From contig CP158636.1 in NCBI GenBank assembly GCA_050273025.1, forward strand, positions 9,300,001-9,364,000: a stretch of 64,000 nt of DNA, given 5' to 3'. This document shows, piece by piece, positions 11,700 to 25,044 of the stretch (position 1 is its first letter; each line of letters starts with the position of its first letter). This stretch comes from Cenococcum geophilum. Its lineage: Eukaryota. The notes beneath the pieces are model-generated. The model did not search any database. It was not told where the DNA came from and worked only from the letters and a program-made list of their open reading frames with translations. A program made the position numbers and the translations under genes.

Positions 11700-14529
11700 A
11701 TAATATGCGACTTAATCCTTGTTGGAATAGCTATAAATAGCTATACTGAGAACCGCCTAGTAATGGATTATATGGGTTATAGCTGCTGCGAGCTGTAGGA
11801 CGCGTTAGGTAGTGTCGCATTACAGCGTTATAATGAAGGCGAAGCTGGATGCTAAAGTGGGTCCTTAGCGAAACCATAGGCTAATGCTAGTTACTTAGCT
11901 TGGTTAAAGCTGCGCCGCTAGAAGCTAGAAGCCCTCGCCCTCCTTAGCGCCTTTTTAACCTAGACCTAGACCTTACCCTTCCCTAACGATTAGAGGATTA
12001 TATTGCGATTAAAGAAGCTACCGGGCTTTAGTCTAATCTAGCCCCCTATTTAGTTAAGGAGGTATAGGTTATATAGAAATATCCTTTATATAGACCTAAG
12101 ACTTATAAGGCAGAATCTAGGGGTAAACGGCCTATTTAGTAGCATAGCCTGGCTTTTAGTGGAGCTAGTGTTATAATCTTACTCTTAGCTAATAAATACT
12201 GGAGAAAAATTCGCGTATTTGACCTCTTAACGGAGACGGACTTTATGCGGTAGCTGCATTAGCTAAAAGGGCGCAGTGAGATAGATATGGGTGTGATTGC
12301 CTAATCTACTTGCGCTATCTGCCCCCTTATATTGTTTGTAATATCCGGCTATAGGTAAGGGTAGAGTATAACTAAGGAAGTTCCTTAGATCTAGGGGAGA
12401 GATTTAAAGATACCCTTATTACTTAGAGTGTCTTTTAATGCTTAGTAGAATTACGGCATGCCTTCTACCTATCTAACCCTAGGAACTATAGTCTCGTAGA
12501 GGATCTAGTACGGAAGATCCAGTTTGCTGGTATAATTGGGTTAGAAAAATTGGGTTAGAAAACGGATATATTAGCACTAGCTCTAACTCTAAGAAATAAG
12601 GGTAGAGGTACTTTGCTACTAACCTCCTTAATAAGAAGGCTTAGTATAATGGCCCTGTTAGAGGCTAAATATGCTAGGTTAGTTAGTTAGGTCTTAATCG
12701 CAGTTTCCTAATAGGCGTTAATCTTGTAATAAAGTTTAAGCCTATATATACCTTTATACGTTGCGAATAGTAATTACTAACGGAGCGTAGATTACACGTT
12801 TTAATTCGCTATTAAGTTAGTAGGGTTATTTTAGTATAGATGCTGCGGATATAAGCTAGTAGCGAAAAGGGGACTGGCGTAGACTTAAAAGCCTAGCGTA
12901 ACCTGTCCTTTAGGGCTATTAGAAAGGCATAAGGTAATAATAATTCTAATAATAATAGCGGCAGTAATAGTGGCATCTTCTTAACCCCTTCGTTTTGATT
13001 TATAAATTTCATTTAATAATATTAATTTTTATACTACACCCCCTGAAAAACTGAAGGCTTTTTAGTATTATGTGATTACGGCTTTTGAGGTAAATATAAG
13101 CAATATACTTAAAAAAAGGATGAAAAAGGGGAGAGTACCTTACTTCCCTCTAAGAGATAATCCTGTGAAATATTTGGCCTAGTTGCGCTTAGGTAAGTTA
13201 TTCTATATTACCTTTTTTAAATATTCTACCTAATAAGGCACCCGCAGATCTTAAGGCTTTTAATAAGTATAAAGATATTTACGAGAATATAAGTAACAGC
13301 CAAGACGCTAGAGGAAGTAATTAAGGTAATTTAGTAATTATCCCCTCCTTTTTTTCCTAATAACTATAAATATGTCTAACGGTTAGTAGCGAATCTAATA
13401 TTTATTAAAGATAATATAGCTAACCTAGACTTAGAACCTAAAGCTAAAGGAGACGGAGTTAGTAATATTGGTAATAAAGCTAATAAAGTCGGCGATTAAC
13501 TAGCACCTTATGGGTTAGGTATATACTTCCCCCCTATATAACGGCCTTGCTTAATAATTATTAGGTGGCGGAAATGACCGCGGTAATAAGGATAATGAGG
13601 ATAAGGAGTTACCTTCTTTAAAGGAGCTAGAAGATCTCTTTAGCATATCTGCGTATAACTATCTTAAACCTATAATAGAAGACGTTAATAAAATAGATAG
13701 CCTAGTTAAGGGAATTAATATTATGACTGTCCCCTAGGCTATATAGAAGTTAGAGACCTACGTAATAACTAACTAAGACTCCTTAATAGCCAATAATATA
13801 GATAATATTGGTAGGTTATAGATATTAAAAATATCGTTACTATAACCTAATAACTATAATATAGACAATCCGCTTATTAGGGAAGAAAGTAATTATAAGA
13901 AAGGGAATACGGGAGGCGAATTATCCTTTATATTAAGGAAGCGGAAGCTTAAGCAGAACAACGTTACTAATTATAATTCTAATAACCCTGCTAAAGAGAG
14001 TAGTGGGGGTAGTAAGGGTGGTAATAGTCTATGTCCCTAGAAGTAATAAAGGCCACCTACCTATCGCGAAGACTTGTCTTCTAGCCCCCCTATCCCTAAC
14101 CTTAACTCTTAATACCCGCAAGTTAACTAGCAAGCGGTATCCACTCCGCGTCCCGCTAGCCCTTCGCTTTAGGAGCCTACCCTTCTCTATAGTATTAAAC
14201 CGCCGTATAATAAGGCTAGTAATCGTACTTATAATAAGGACGAGGACGGTAATAGCGGCGGCGTCGCTAATAACTAGAGCGACGTTTTAAACCTAGAGCC
14301 TGCTGTAAAGCATTATACCTAAACTAAAAAAGACAAAATTAATAAAGTAAGCTTAGATAATAAATGGGAGATTGATAATATTCTAGGGGAAAAAATAACT
14401 AAGTTAGGGCGCAAATATAAGGTGGCTTAGAAGCCTACCTAGGTTTATAAAAGCGGGCTTTTGAATTCTAATAATGTCCTTAAGTCTTACTAAAGACGCG
14501 TTCGGTAAGCTAAAGCTAGATCGTTATAG
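11700..14529 (+). pseudogene. Starship terminal cargo gene(s) ending in a chromodomain-like module
   Basis: De-RIP 14359-14529: DEWEIDDILGEKITKLGRKYKVAWKPTWVYESGLLNSDDVLESYQRRVRQAKARSL*. It is preceded by acidic, intron-containing coding-like sequence. The 5' limit and the number of genes are uncertain. Confidence 0.6.
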
Positions 14530-15329
14530 GTGCACTCTTTTTCTAAAGTTGCAAAAGTAAAGGGCAGGGTTGCCGTGCAGAAGAGACGGGGCTAGTAGCT
14601 TAGGCGTATTCTTGTGTTTTGGTTAGTCCTATGGAAATAGAAAGCTGGGGTTTATATTTAGTAGTCTAATTATTTAAGTGCATTTTCTTAAGGCGGTGTT
14701 GCTATATGCAGCCGTTTTTATTTAAATTTCGCTGCTAACTTATCTGTGTTATATATATCTAATTAAAATAGAGCCTTATAAGTTATAAGACTTATTATAT
14801 TACTAGGCATTATAGTACCTATTCGTTTATATTACGAATCCTCTCTTTTACTATTAATATACTTAAGAATTTGTTAAATTATAAACTTCTCTATACTTAA
14901 GATGTGCCAATCTACCGAGATTACCATCTAATATAAAAAGTGCTAGAAGAGACCAAGACATTCCTTAAAGATAAATTACATTGTCCTTTACCCTAGTGCT
15001 ATTATATAAGGTAGGTAAGCGTGTCCTAACCTAATACCTATAATATAAAGTACGGCGCAGTTTAGGAGCTTGCTAGTAACTAGAGATTGTCTAGCATATC
15101 CTAAATAAAGGATGGTTAGTATATTATACTATATATAAGGATAGTAAGACTAATAGACTTATAAAGCACAAAACTTACCTTTATTAACGCCAATAATGCC
15201 TAAGAAATAGGTAAAGTATAAATCTGGATAGAGAAGCCTTTAGATTTTTAAGCTAAAGATAAGATTTCGTAAACGTTAAAAGGAAAGCCTTAAGAGTGTA
15301 AAGGAAATGCCGCGGCGCCGTTATTAGGG

Positions 15330-16133
15330 ATAGATTCCGTAAACCTACGAATAAGTTTAGATAGTTAAAATTCCTAGTTTTATAAACATACCTTACTTAT
15401 CTATTTCTTTAATAACGTTATCTATATAGTTATATTTGCTATTTTAATAGCCTTTAATAATGACTTTAAAGGCCCCTAGGGACTTTAATTCGGGAAATAT
15501 TCCTTGTTTATAACGATCTTCTATATTATTATTAAAAAGCTTATAAAAGGCGATATAATGTATTAAGGTATAATAACAAGCCGATCTAAAGGCAAAAATT
15601 TCGTCCTTTTAAGGCGTGCTTAGATATAGAGCTTAGGCTTAAACGGAGTATAAAATGAGAAGAGGAGACCTATTAATCGATAAACTAGTAAAGTTGATTA
15701 GCTTTACGTTTAAATGTTTATCTAAGAGAATGTTATAGCACGAAATATTACCGTATATAATATATCTGGAGTGAATATATTTAAGAACGTCTGTAAGCTA
15801 TAAAATCTAACGCATTTATAAAATTTAATTAATATTATTGCTTCTGTCCTAAAGAAACCCATAGAGCTAGCTGTTTAGAGCGCGTTCTAAATATATCGCT
15901 ATACGGTTATCCTTCTAGAAAAGTTCGCTGCTATAGTATTATAAGAGTCTATTATATTAACCGAGTCTTTTATAGATCTCCTTTTTAACCTTAATAAAGT
16001 GTTAAGAATTCGTGTTATTTGGAGCTTTAATAACCTTGTTTTAAAGTTTATCGCAATATATAGTGCCCGAAATTCCCCAGCCGATAAGATTCTTATAGCT
16101 GCAGCTAAGGGGTGGCACTATAATAAGGTCTAT
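15330..16133 (-). pseudogene. Small fungal protein kinase (Starship cargo), RIP'd
   Basis: De-RIP: LIGWGISGTVY..KVIKAP..IEVEKEIYERLG.HDGLLRYYG..LERAPNGQL..LEYIHSRHVIHGDISCHNILLDEHLNVKLIDFAGSSIDG..DEIFAFGS, covering the G-loop, VAIK, catalytic loop and DFG-like motifs. Confidence 0.85.
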
Positions 16134-17281
16134 AAGTGTTGAAGTAGTAAAGGGCTTTAAAGGGGTGGCAAAATCCCAGTGTCTGGCTAACTAATCTATT
16201 ATTTACCCTAGATTTTAGACGCTATTCTTAGATAAGATTAGTCTTTATAGCAGATATACTAACCCTAGGTCCTCCGTCTAAGCCATATTAAGTCTTATTT
16301 ATTCTAAACTTTATCTTAAAAATATAATAATGAAAATGTTTTATAGGACTCTATATTCCTTAATAGTCTATATAAAATTTTCTAATCATTTCTGTATACC
16401 TATAAAACATTCCTTTATATAATTAGATAGTAGTATTTCCATATCCTCTAATACATAGCACCCTTAATTTGGTAGTAAGTGAGTTGGCTTATCTACCCCT
16501 ATAGCCTAAGCTTTCTAGCTATCTATATAATCCATCCTTTATTCTATTACTCTGCTATATATTCCTTAAGTGCTTATTTAAAGGCTTCTCTTTTAAATTT
16601 TGCCTCTTGCTCTATATTATAATTAGTCCAAAAAATTATATTATTAAAGGATATATACTTAGATAGTAGTGTAAAACTATAAGTTTATTAGGAAGCTTCT
16701 TATAGGCTTTACCGGAAATATTATACGCACTAACTACGTACTTAATACCTTCTTTATAAATTGTATTATAAAGGATCTCTAAACTTAACATAGTGCGGTT
16801 ATTAAGAGGTATTGCGACATAAACAAGTATAGAGTAATTGCTATCGGTTATGCGAACGCTTTCGTTAAAGTTAGCGGCAAGGACTTAAAATCTTACCGCT
16901 ATAGGGGCGGCTTTAAGAGTTATAAGAGTGGCTATAAGAGTATCCTTAGGATTGGGAACCTCCCTAGGAAGATATAATATAGTAAGTGACAAGAATGTTA
17001 GCTCTAAAGGTTTGGACTTAGTGATCTATTAATATATTAGCCGATAAAACGATAGTATATGCTATGCTATATGTATGTTAAAGATTGATTAAAGGTTAAG
17101 CATACTATACGTGGCTAATGTCTTACTAAAATGATAAGGGTATGCGTAAGTCCGAACCTAGTACGCCAAATGCATTAAAAGGTAGCGTTAGCAACTTAAT
17201 GCGGATATATAGTTATACGTAGTAAAGGTTAGTAGAGGGCTAACTATAATATAGTTTAACCCTAATTGTTTAGAAGCAGTA

Positions 17282-17575
17282 AAAGTATATATAGGCCTAA
17301 AATCGGAGGTGCCGATTAACCTAGAAAGCAAAAACGGAACACCAATTACCTATAAAAAAAATCTATTAGTGGGCTACTGTAGATATAAAGGCGTTCTAGT
17401 AGCTAAGCTAGTAAGCCTCGGAGTGCTAGATTATATTAATATCCTCCTAACTTTAAGTTAAGTAATAGGCTTAAGGTACGGGGCTATATATAGGGGCTTA
17501 GTTTTGGTACTAGTTAATATATAGAAGCTAGCACGTTTTAGATTAACGAGTAAGAGAGCGAGTAGTATTTAGGGC
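17282..17575. repeat. Dispersed ~290-bp direct repeat, copy 1 (copy 2 at 38187-38479)
   Basis: Collinear similarity, e.g. AATTACCTATAAAAAAA..GAGTGCTAGATTATA.TAATATCCTC..AAGTAATAGGCTTAA.GTA.GGGCT..GGGCTTAGTTTTGGT.CTAGTTA in both copies. Confidence 0.85.
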
Positions 17576-19699
17576 TTTCTTAAATTAGTAGTTTACCCTA
17601 TAGATTGCGGCTTAGACTTTAAAATGTAAAAGTCTAACTATTTAAGAGGGGTAAAGCAAATGCGCTATACTCTAGCTTGTGCTTAGGTGTATATTCCCCC
17701 GATTACCCTAGTTACCTATCTGCAATGAAACCTATAGATATTTAGACCGTTACTTATTAAGGCTTTATCGCATAACTGGGAGTGATTAACTAAGTCGTAG
17801 AGCGCTAGTATGTCCCCCGCTCCCAGCCCTTAAAAATTTAGTATACTTTTAGTATAAAAGTTTTATATAATAATAAGAGACTTTACATAAGGCCTTTCCT
17901 CCTAAAAATAAATAAAAACCATAGTTTGGTTTTATATAATAAGGCATAGAGCTAGAGACGCGTTTAGTGGCTTTAATAGAGTATATCTTAACCTTAGCTA
18001 TATAAGGCAATTTTAGATAATACTATATGCCTTTAAAGGAGGAGCCGTACCTTAGCTGAGTTTTCTAAGGAAGTTTAAAAGTAGTAAGAGGCTTTAAGCT
18101 TTAATAAAGTCTATATATAGCTGCTACCTAGGAAGAAAATTCCTCCTAAATAACTTAACAGTTCCTTATATATACCTCTTACAGCCTTAGCTTTTCTATA
18201 GCCTTCCTCTCTAAGTTGCTAAGCTCTAGCATCCGGGATATAAAGTCTCCCTACTCTTGCTTAAGATATATGCATTTAAGGCATAACTAAAGTATATAGC
18301 GATTATTTCTGAGGAAAACCTTATCCGGTAGGAAGTTATCTATAGCTTTAACCTTCTTAGGTGAAAAGACATGATCCTACTATAGGCTATATGCCTTAGA
18401 TTAAAGGCCCTTATCTAGCGGGGGATTGTCTATAGCTTTAAAATTCTTAGATGGAAAGGTTTTACCTTCTCTCCGCGCTTTATAGGTTATGCTAACGGAA
18501 CGGCTAATATAAATTTTAAAACTACTAAGCTGGTATTAGCCTAAGAAGTAATTAAGATAACTAAGAACTAACCTATTCCTCCTACGATCAGTTTTAGTAT
18601 AGGAGGATTTAGGGTTTAATATTATGGCTTCCTCTAAGTCATTAGGGCTAATAGGTTGGTTAGGGTACTTAGGGTTTAAATATCTCCGTATAGCTTTCTC
18701 CAAGTTACTAGGGCTGATAGGTATGTCGTAAGATGTTATATTATGCCATTGGTATTTAATATAAAGCAACTAAGCTTGTAGTAAAATGACGGTAACGTTC
18801 GTAATATATTCCATAAGAGAGTGTCCCTATTTGTGTTAGTGGAGGTCACTAAAGCATTATTATAGTAGCTTACTAAAAGGAATAGATATATATTAATAAA
18901 TATAAAGTAAATACCAGAATATAGTATAAGAATAATCGTAGCGCATAAAAGCTATAATACTTTTAACCTTTTATGTTTTCTTACTATTTAGGTAGAAGTA
19001 GTAAGAGTTGTACCTAATAATGTATTTATTAAGAGACCACCTAAAAAAGCTAACGAACGCCCTATTATCCAGTGTTGTAGAAAGAATACTAGTACGAAGC
19101 CGGAAATTAGGAGTAGAAAGGCAAGTATAGTAATACTGGTAACGACTAGGAAATCCTTATTAAAAATAGTTTTTAAAATATTTGTATAGAATCTCCATAA
19201 GAATAGAGCCTAATTTTTAGTTAGTAATTTACTTTAAGAGGCTATATGTATAAACCTTAATAGCTAGTCTAGTACACTAGGACAGCTCTAATAATATATA
19301 TAATAACTTAGCCGAAATAGGAGAGATGTTTTTAAGCTAGTAATAAAGGGAGACTCTAAAAGTAGTTTGGAGAGGGAGGAAGTAAAAAATTATTTAAAAG
19401 CGGAGAGAATGCCGTAAGGTAGTTAGTAAATAAAGCTATAAAAGTACTACTTAATTAAGAATAAGTAAATAAATAAACTTAGTGCCAATAAATGCTATAA
19501 TAGAAAGTTTATACATTGTTTTAAAAAGTAGGGGTGTCCTACTAATAAAGAGGTTAACTAAAGTAAAAAAGGGCAAGAAGGTAATAAGGCGATAAGGTAA
19601 TAGGGTAATAGGGTAATAGGGTAATAGGGCGGCTATAAGGCTAGATTATAGCCTGATTCCCTCTAACTACCTTTATAGAATATTGTGCCCCTTAATGGT

Positions 19700-19809
19700 A
19701 ATCTCTTAGCGATCCTTTAGGAATCTTTTAGGACTTTTCTATAACTCTTTTGTGACTTCTTTAGGACTTCTATATAACTTATATAGAACTCCTTTATAAC
19801 TTTAGTGGC
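19700..19809 (+). repeat. Degenerate 11-bp tandem array (ACTTCTWTAGG-like, ~10 units)
   Basis: Period-11 units aatcttttagg, acttttctata, actcttttgtg, acttctttagg, acttctatata and so on. Confidence 0.65.
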
Positions 19810-20819
19810 GCCTTAAGAAACTAGCCTCCTTAAGCTAAAAAAAGGTAGCGAGAGTGACTAGGGTCTTAAGATTAGTTTTAACAGCTATATCCGTAATACC
19901 GCCTTCTTTTATATGCGCCTTCTTAGGCCTTAATATCTCTAAGTACCTCTTTTACTAAGGTATAGGCTTGCTTAGTACGCTTTCTATTTCTAGTGCTTCT
20001 GCCCTAGCGGCTCGTAATTCTCTATTTAATAAGCTCAGCCCCTATAGCCTGTATGTGACATGTTAACGTAACGCGTATTACCCGGATTCTCGCTTATTAT
20101 ATCTCTCTTATTCTTCCCAATCTTTCCCTATTTTATAGTTTTGCTAATAATAAGCCCTAGTTTTGCCTTCCTTAGCATCTATATAACGACTCCTTTAGTA
20201 TTACAATTCCTCCTAATTATGGGCAGCCTTTTTACTTAGTAACGAAGCTTAATAAAGTCCGCGACCTTAGAGATCTGCGCTAATTCCCCTATAGTACCTA
20301 GCAGCCTCCTACGCAAATAACAAGTATCCGTTATTAACTACAGTAGGGATAGTTTAAAGCCTTCGGTCCCCTATATAGCAGGAACCATAGATATCTCTTC
20401 TATGCTAAGTAGAATATATATTTAGAGGTATAGGAATTATAAGTAACAAAACCTGTCTAATCTCCATTTACTAAAACTTAGGAATCTAGTATAACCCTAT
20501 ACGTTATAATACCTCTAATGTAAAAACGCGGTCACTTTACGATCTCTAAACCTTACTAAAGTGAGCGGAATACTAAGTATTATTAGACTAAGAATAACAC
20601 ATAAGCTATAAATTGTATATCATCTCTTAAAAAGAAGAGAAAGCCTTTAAAGAAATTTCCTTGTCTATTCTGTATCCGCCGTTTTAGTAAGTCGTATAAT
20701 GTCTAGAAATATATAAGGAAGTTCTATAAAGAAAAGAGTTAACTAGATAAATACTGCTATATATACAAATAAGAATTCTAAAGACTATTAAGTTTTACCT
20801 AGTATATAAATATTTATAA

Positions 20820-21450
20820 ATTTAAGGCAACGCCCTCTAGTTCTTAAGTAGAGTTTAAGTAATTGGCATTGTAGCCACGCAGAGAGCTATTTAGGCGCAC
20901 GTTAAGTATAGTACCCTTAAGTTCTTTAGCGGAACTAGTGTAACCGCCTAATTAGAACACGTTTAATGCTACGCCCTTTAATTGTAATTGGGACATATTT
21001 AATACCACGCCCTTTAATGATTTACCGGAGCCAATGTAGCCGCTATCCTCCTAGGGCAATTCGAGCTCGTTAAGTGCGGTAGCTATTAATTCTTTAGCAG
21101 AGTAAGTACGGTTATTTTATTAGAACACGTTTAATGCCACTCTATTTAATAATCTATAAGAGCTAATGTAGTAGCCGCCCTTATAGGATAACTGGAATAC
21201 TTTAAATGTAATAGGGCAAGTGTAGTTATTTTGCTAGAATACGTTTAATGCTATGCCCTTTAACAATTTGCTAGAACCGATACAGCCGCTATCCTCCTAG
21301 GACGATTTAAACCCGTTAAATATGGCACCCTCTAATTCTCCGGCAGAAGTACGGTTATTTTATTAGAACACGTTTAACGTAACACCCTTTAACCTTCCAT
21401 TAAAGTTAATATAGTAGTTGTTCTCCCTAGAGGGTCCTAGTATAATAAAT
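20820..21450 (-). pseudogene. Internally repetitive cargo ORF remnant (KGVALNVFQQND-type repeats)
   Basis: AGAACACGTTTAATGC and GCCGCTATCCTCCTAGG recur several times. De-RIP translation repeats KGVALNVFQQNDRT..ELEG..QEDSG.IGSG. Confidence 0.5.
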
Positions 21451-23047
21451 ATATTACTCTCTAATCTAGACTTAAATATTGTAGGCCTGGCGTAAGCCTT
21501 TTAAAATCCCTGTTATAGCCTAGTACTAACTAAAGCGTATTAGCGTGACTTATAGAACCGCCTCCTAAGCTTGCTTAATTGCCCTCCTTCTAAACTAAAT
21601 CTACTTTTAATTGTGCGCTACTAGTTCTCGTCTAGGCTCGGAGCAATATTTAATACTTCGGTAGAGGGATATATGGGAGAATCTGTAGCTAGCTATAAGC
21701 GGTAATCTTTATTTCTTTTACGTGCCACTTAATATAGTTACCGCTTCTAAACTATATATTTACTACTTCTAGAGTAATTATTTCTAAACTACTCTAGAAT
21801 CTTATTACCAGTTTAATTATCTAGCACTCCGCGCTTAGGATACCCGGTCTATATATATAAAACTATAATCGCGTATACTAGGGAAGGTGGTTTATTCTTA
21901 AGGAAAGGTCTTAACTATAATAGCTAGTAATAGCAAATAAAGCTAGAGGAAGTTTAGTAAATGCAAAAATGTTTATAGGGTTTAAGAGTACATATATATC
22001 ACCTCTATTAGCCTTAATATCTACTATTTTCTTAGTAGCTACTCTATAAGAATATATATTAACCTGGAATATCTATATAACATTTTAATCTCCTCCTAAA
22101 TAATAGTATATAGCCCCTATAAGATCTTTAGCAGAAGCCATTTTTTCCTATTTATAATCGCGCCCTAACTCTTTATAGGTTGGAGCAGGTTTGGATAGAA
22201 GGTAGGCGGTAATATAAAAGCTATTATCTTAAGCTAAGAAAAGTATTGTTTTAATAGCCTAGAGGGATATTAGTCTCGCTTATAAACTTTAGAAATAGCT
22301 TACCTTATTTAAGATAATCTCCCTTTTAATAAAGCTTAATGACTCTAATAACTCCGCTAAAGGGGGCTTAATACTTATAGCTCTTTTAAGAATAAGAAAC
22401 CCGTCTTCTATAAAAGCTTATAAAGCCTCGCCAAGATCTTCTTTCGTAAAGAGCCCTTACCCGCTGCGTTTAACGACTTCAATATCTATATACTTGTTAC
22501 TTAGTCGTTCTGCCGTTAGTTTAAAGTTGTTGTTTTACTACTTAAAATTTTAAGCCGCGCGGGGCAGGTTTAGCGGAGTATAGTTATAATCTAAAGCCTC
22601 TAGTACACGTAATGCTTTGCCTGGTAAGATTAATAAATATTATCGCATATCGACTTTAATAACTAACTATTAATATCTAATATCTCTGGCTTAAATATAT
22701 ATAAGCTTATTTCGTTAAACCTCTAGGTAACGCTTACTAGATTTAACTGCTTTAAGCTAAGATTAAAGAAGACTTAAGCTTAAGCTTGAGCTAAAATAAC
22801 ATCCTTAGAGAAGTGGTTAAATTCTTATATACCGGGAAACACTAGTAGTGAAATCTAGAGGAATATGCTAGTTATAAAGTAGGGGCTATGAAATCGGTGC
22901 CTTAATTAGACTAGGGGCAACTAGAGGTCTAGTAGGTATTAGACTCTTAGTTTGAAAATAAGGAAGGTTAGGTTTAGACGGAAAATAACCTAGTTTAGGT
23001 GCTAACGTCTGTCCTCTAAAATAATAAGTAGATTTTAGAGATAGAGG

Positions 23048-23212
23048 TTCTGGGGATTGCTATGGGATCGCCAGGGGATTCCTATAGAAGTCCCATAGAA
23101 GTCCTATAGAAGTCTTAGAGGAGTTACGTAGGAGTTATATAAGAGTCTTACGAGGTTGTTATAGGGCTGTAACGGGATTGCTAAGATATTGCCAAGGAAT
23201 TGCGAGAGGAGT
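23048..23212 (-). repeat. Degenerate 11-bp tandem array, inverted relative to 19700-19809
   Basis: Units CCTATAGAAGT, CCCATAGAAGT, CTTAGAGGAGT; reverse complements ACTTCTATAGG, ACTCCTCTAAG. Confidence 0.65.
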
Positions 23213-24181
23213 TGATATAAAAGGTAAATTTCTAAAGGTTTAGACTTGTAAAATATACCCTAATATAAGAATGTCTGGCTGGTTTTAAATAGTTTCCTTA
23301 TAACACCTTTTAGCCAAATTATATCCTCTGCTTTATCTATAATTTTAATTAATAGTTCGCTATATGTTTTAATAAGCCAACCGCCTAATCTTTTTAGCTG
23401 TTTTAAAGCTTACGGTAGTTTCTATCCGGGTAGTTATCTCTAAATTACGCCATAAGCAATAACCCTAGATTAGATTAGAAGGTCTCTATACTTATATTTT
23501 TATAATATTAGGAGGATATAGTTTATAGGTCTCTTAGTATTTTAGACACTACGTTTTTACTCTATTAATAAAATGGCCGTATTTAAGCGCCATTTAAATA
23601 TGGTCGCATATTTTATAAGGTAATAATAACGATTTTCCGTCTAGGTAAAGTATAGGCAATGTATGGATTCTAATATTAGAGCTATTCTGGAATTTATAGT
23701 ATATATATACTACTTAACACGCGGCCAAGATAGGAGATAATAAAGGAGATGCGTTATAGGAAGGCATACTATTAGAGTCCTTACTTCTAGGACTGGGTAT
23801 ATAGCCCCTCGTCTATCCTAGCTACCTAAGTTTATTAATTTTCACGCTGAGACATATTTATTCTATACCCTTATAATAGCGACTAGCAAACCTATCTTAT
23901 AAATAATGCTCTCTTTCTCCCGCCTAATTGAAAATTATATAACTATAGACTAATATAAAAGGATACTTAGCTCTAATCTCTACGCTATAATTTCTAGTAT
24001 AATCTAGTAATTGGTCTGCAGGAGTTAAACCTTATTAGCCCGCACTAAGTATATTTACCCTTTCTTCGCTTTATAGCAATCTTTAAAGTTCTTTTAATCT
24101 TTATATACTTCCTAAAACTATTTCTCCTACCGCTCTTCTCTAAGTTATGTTCTCCCTATGTAGAGAGAAAGTTAGTTAGCA

Positions 24182-25044
24182 ATGTTTAAAGCGCCTATTT
24201 TAGGGCGTCTTTATAAGGTGGAGGTCTCTAAGGTAAAATAAATAGCACTTGTTGCTACTGCCGTATACTTTTCCTCCCCTATATAGAAATATTAGAGACT
24301 ATACTATGCTAAATTTCTAGGAGATATACTAATAAGCTTTGAAAACCTTTTTGGATAAGAAATTTAAAATCTAGATAAAATTGTATTTGTTATAGACGAT
24401 GCTTTTAAAAATGATAAGTATAAGATGGTCTATAACGTACTTAAAGATATATATCCGCCTATTAAGAATGCCGAATCTATAATTGTTGGTGTTGCGATCT
24501 TATCCCTATTAAAAGGTTCTAATTAGAGTAGGTAGTTCTAGCCGGAAAGTAAATATTATTAAGTGTTATAGCGATTGCAGGGCTTTATTAACACTGGTGT
24601 AGATATTAATAAACTATAGGAGGAAGTCCTAAACCTAAAGCGAGACGAGAGTAAAGAAGCTATGTTGCTCTATGCGAAATGTACTAATTTAGCTAAGTTA
24701 AAGTATAATACCTTGCCCCCTTAAATCTTAGGATTAATTCTAAACTTTTTACCTAAATAATAGGTGGCTTTATGAATCCGGGCCTTACTACGTACTTTAA
24801 ACGCTAGCACTATACCTAAAATACTAAGGGCGTGGGTATGCTAAAGCCTTTATATACTAGTTTAAAGCGATTTTGGTTCTTAATAGCATTCCACTTAGTG
24901 TTTCTTCTATAGTAGGTAGCGAGACTTTCTATACTAAATGCGGGTTTGAGATAAAGGAGGAAGTCCCTGTACTAGAATATTAAGATTATCTAAAAATCTT
25001 TCTTTATATATGTATTTTCTAACTATTTATATAGCGTATCCTAG
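24182..25044 (+). pseudogene. GNAT acetyltransferase (Starship cargo), RIP'd
   Basis: De-RIP: RIALVATAAYFSSPV..YQRPYHAKFPGDTL..IVGVA..GQFQPE, two probable introns, then LQTLALHPEYQGRGHAKAF (motif A) and FYTKCGF (motif B). Confidence 0.75.
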
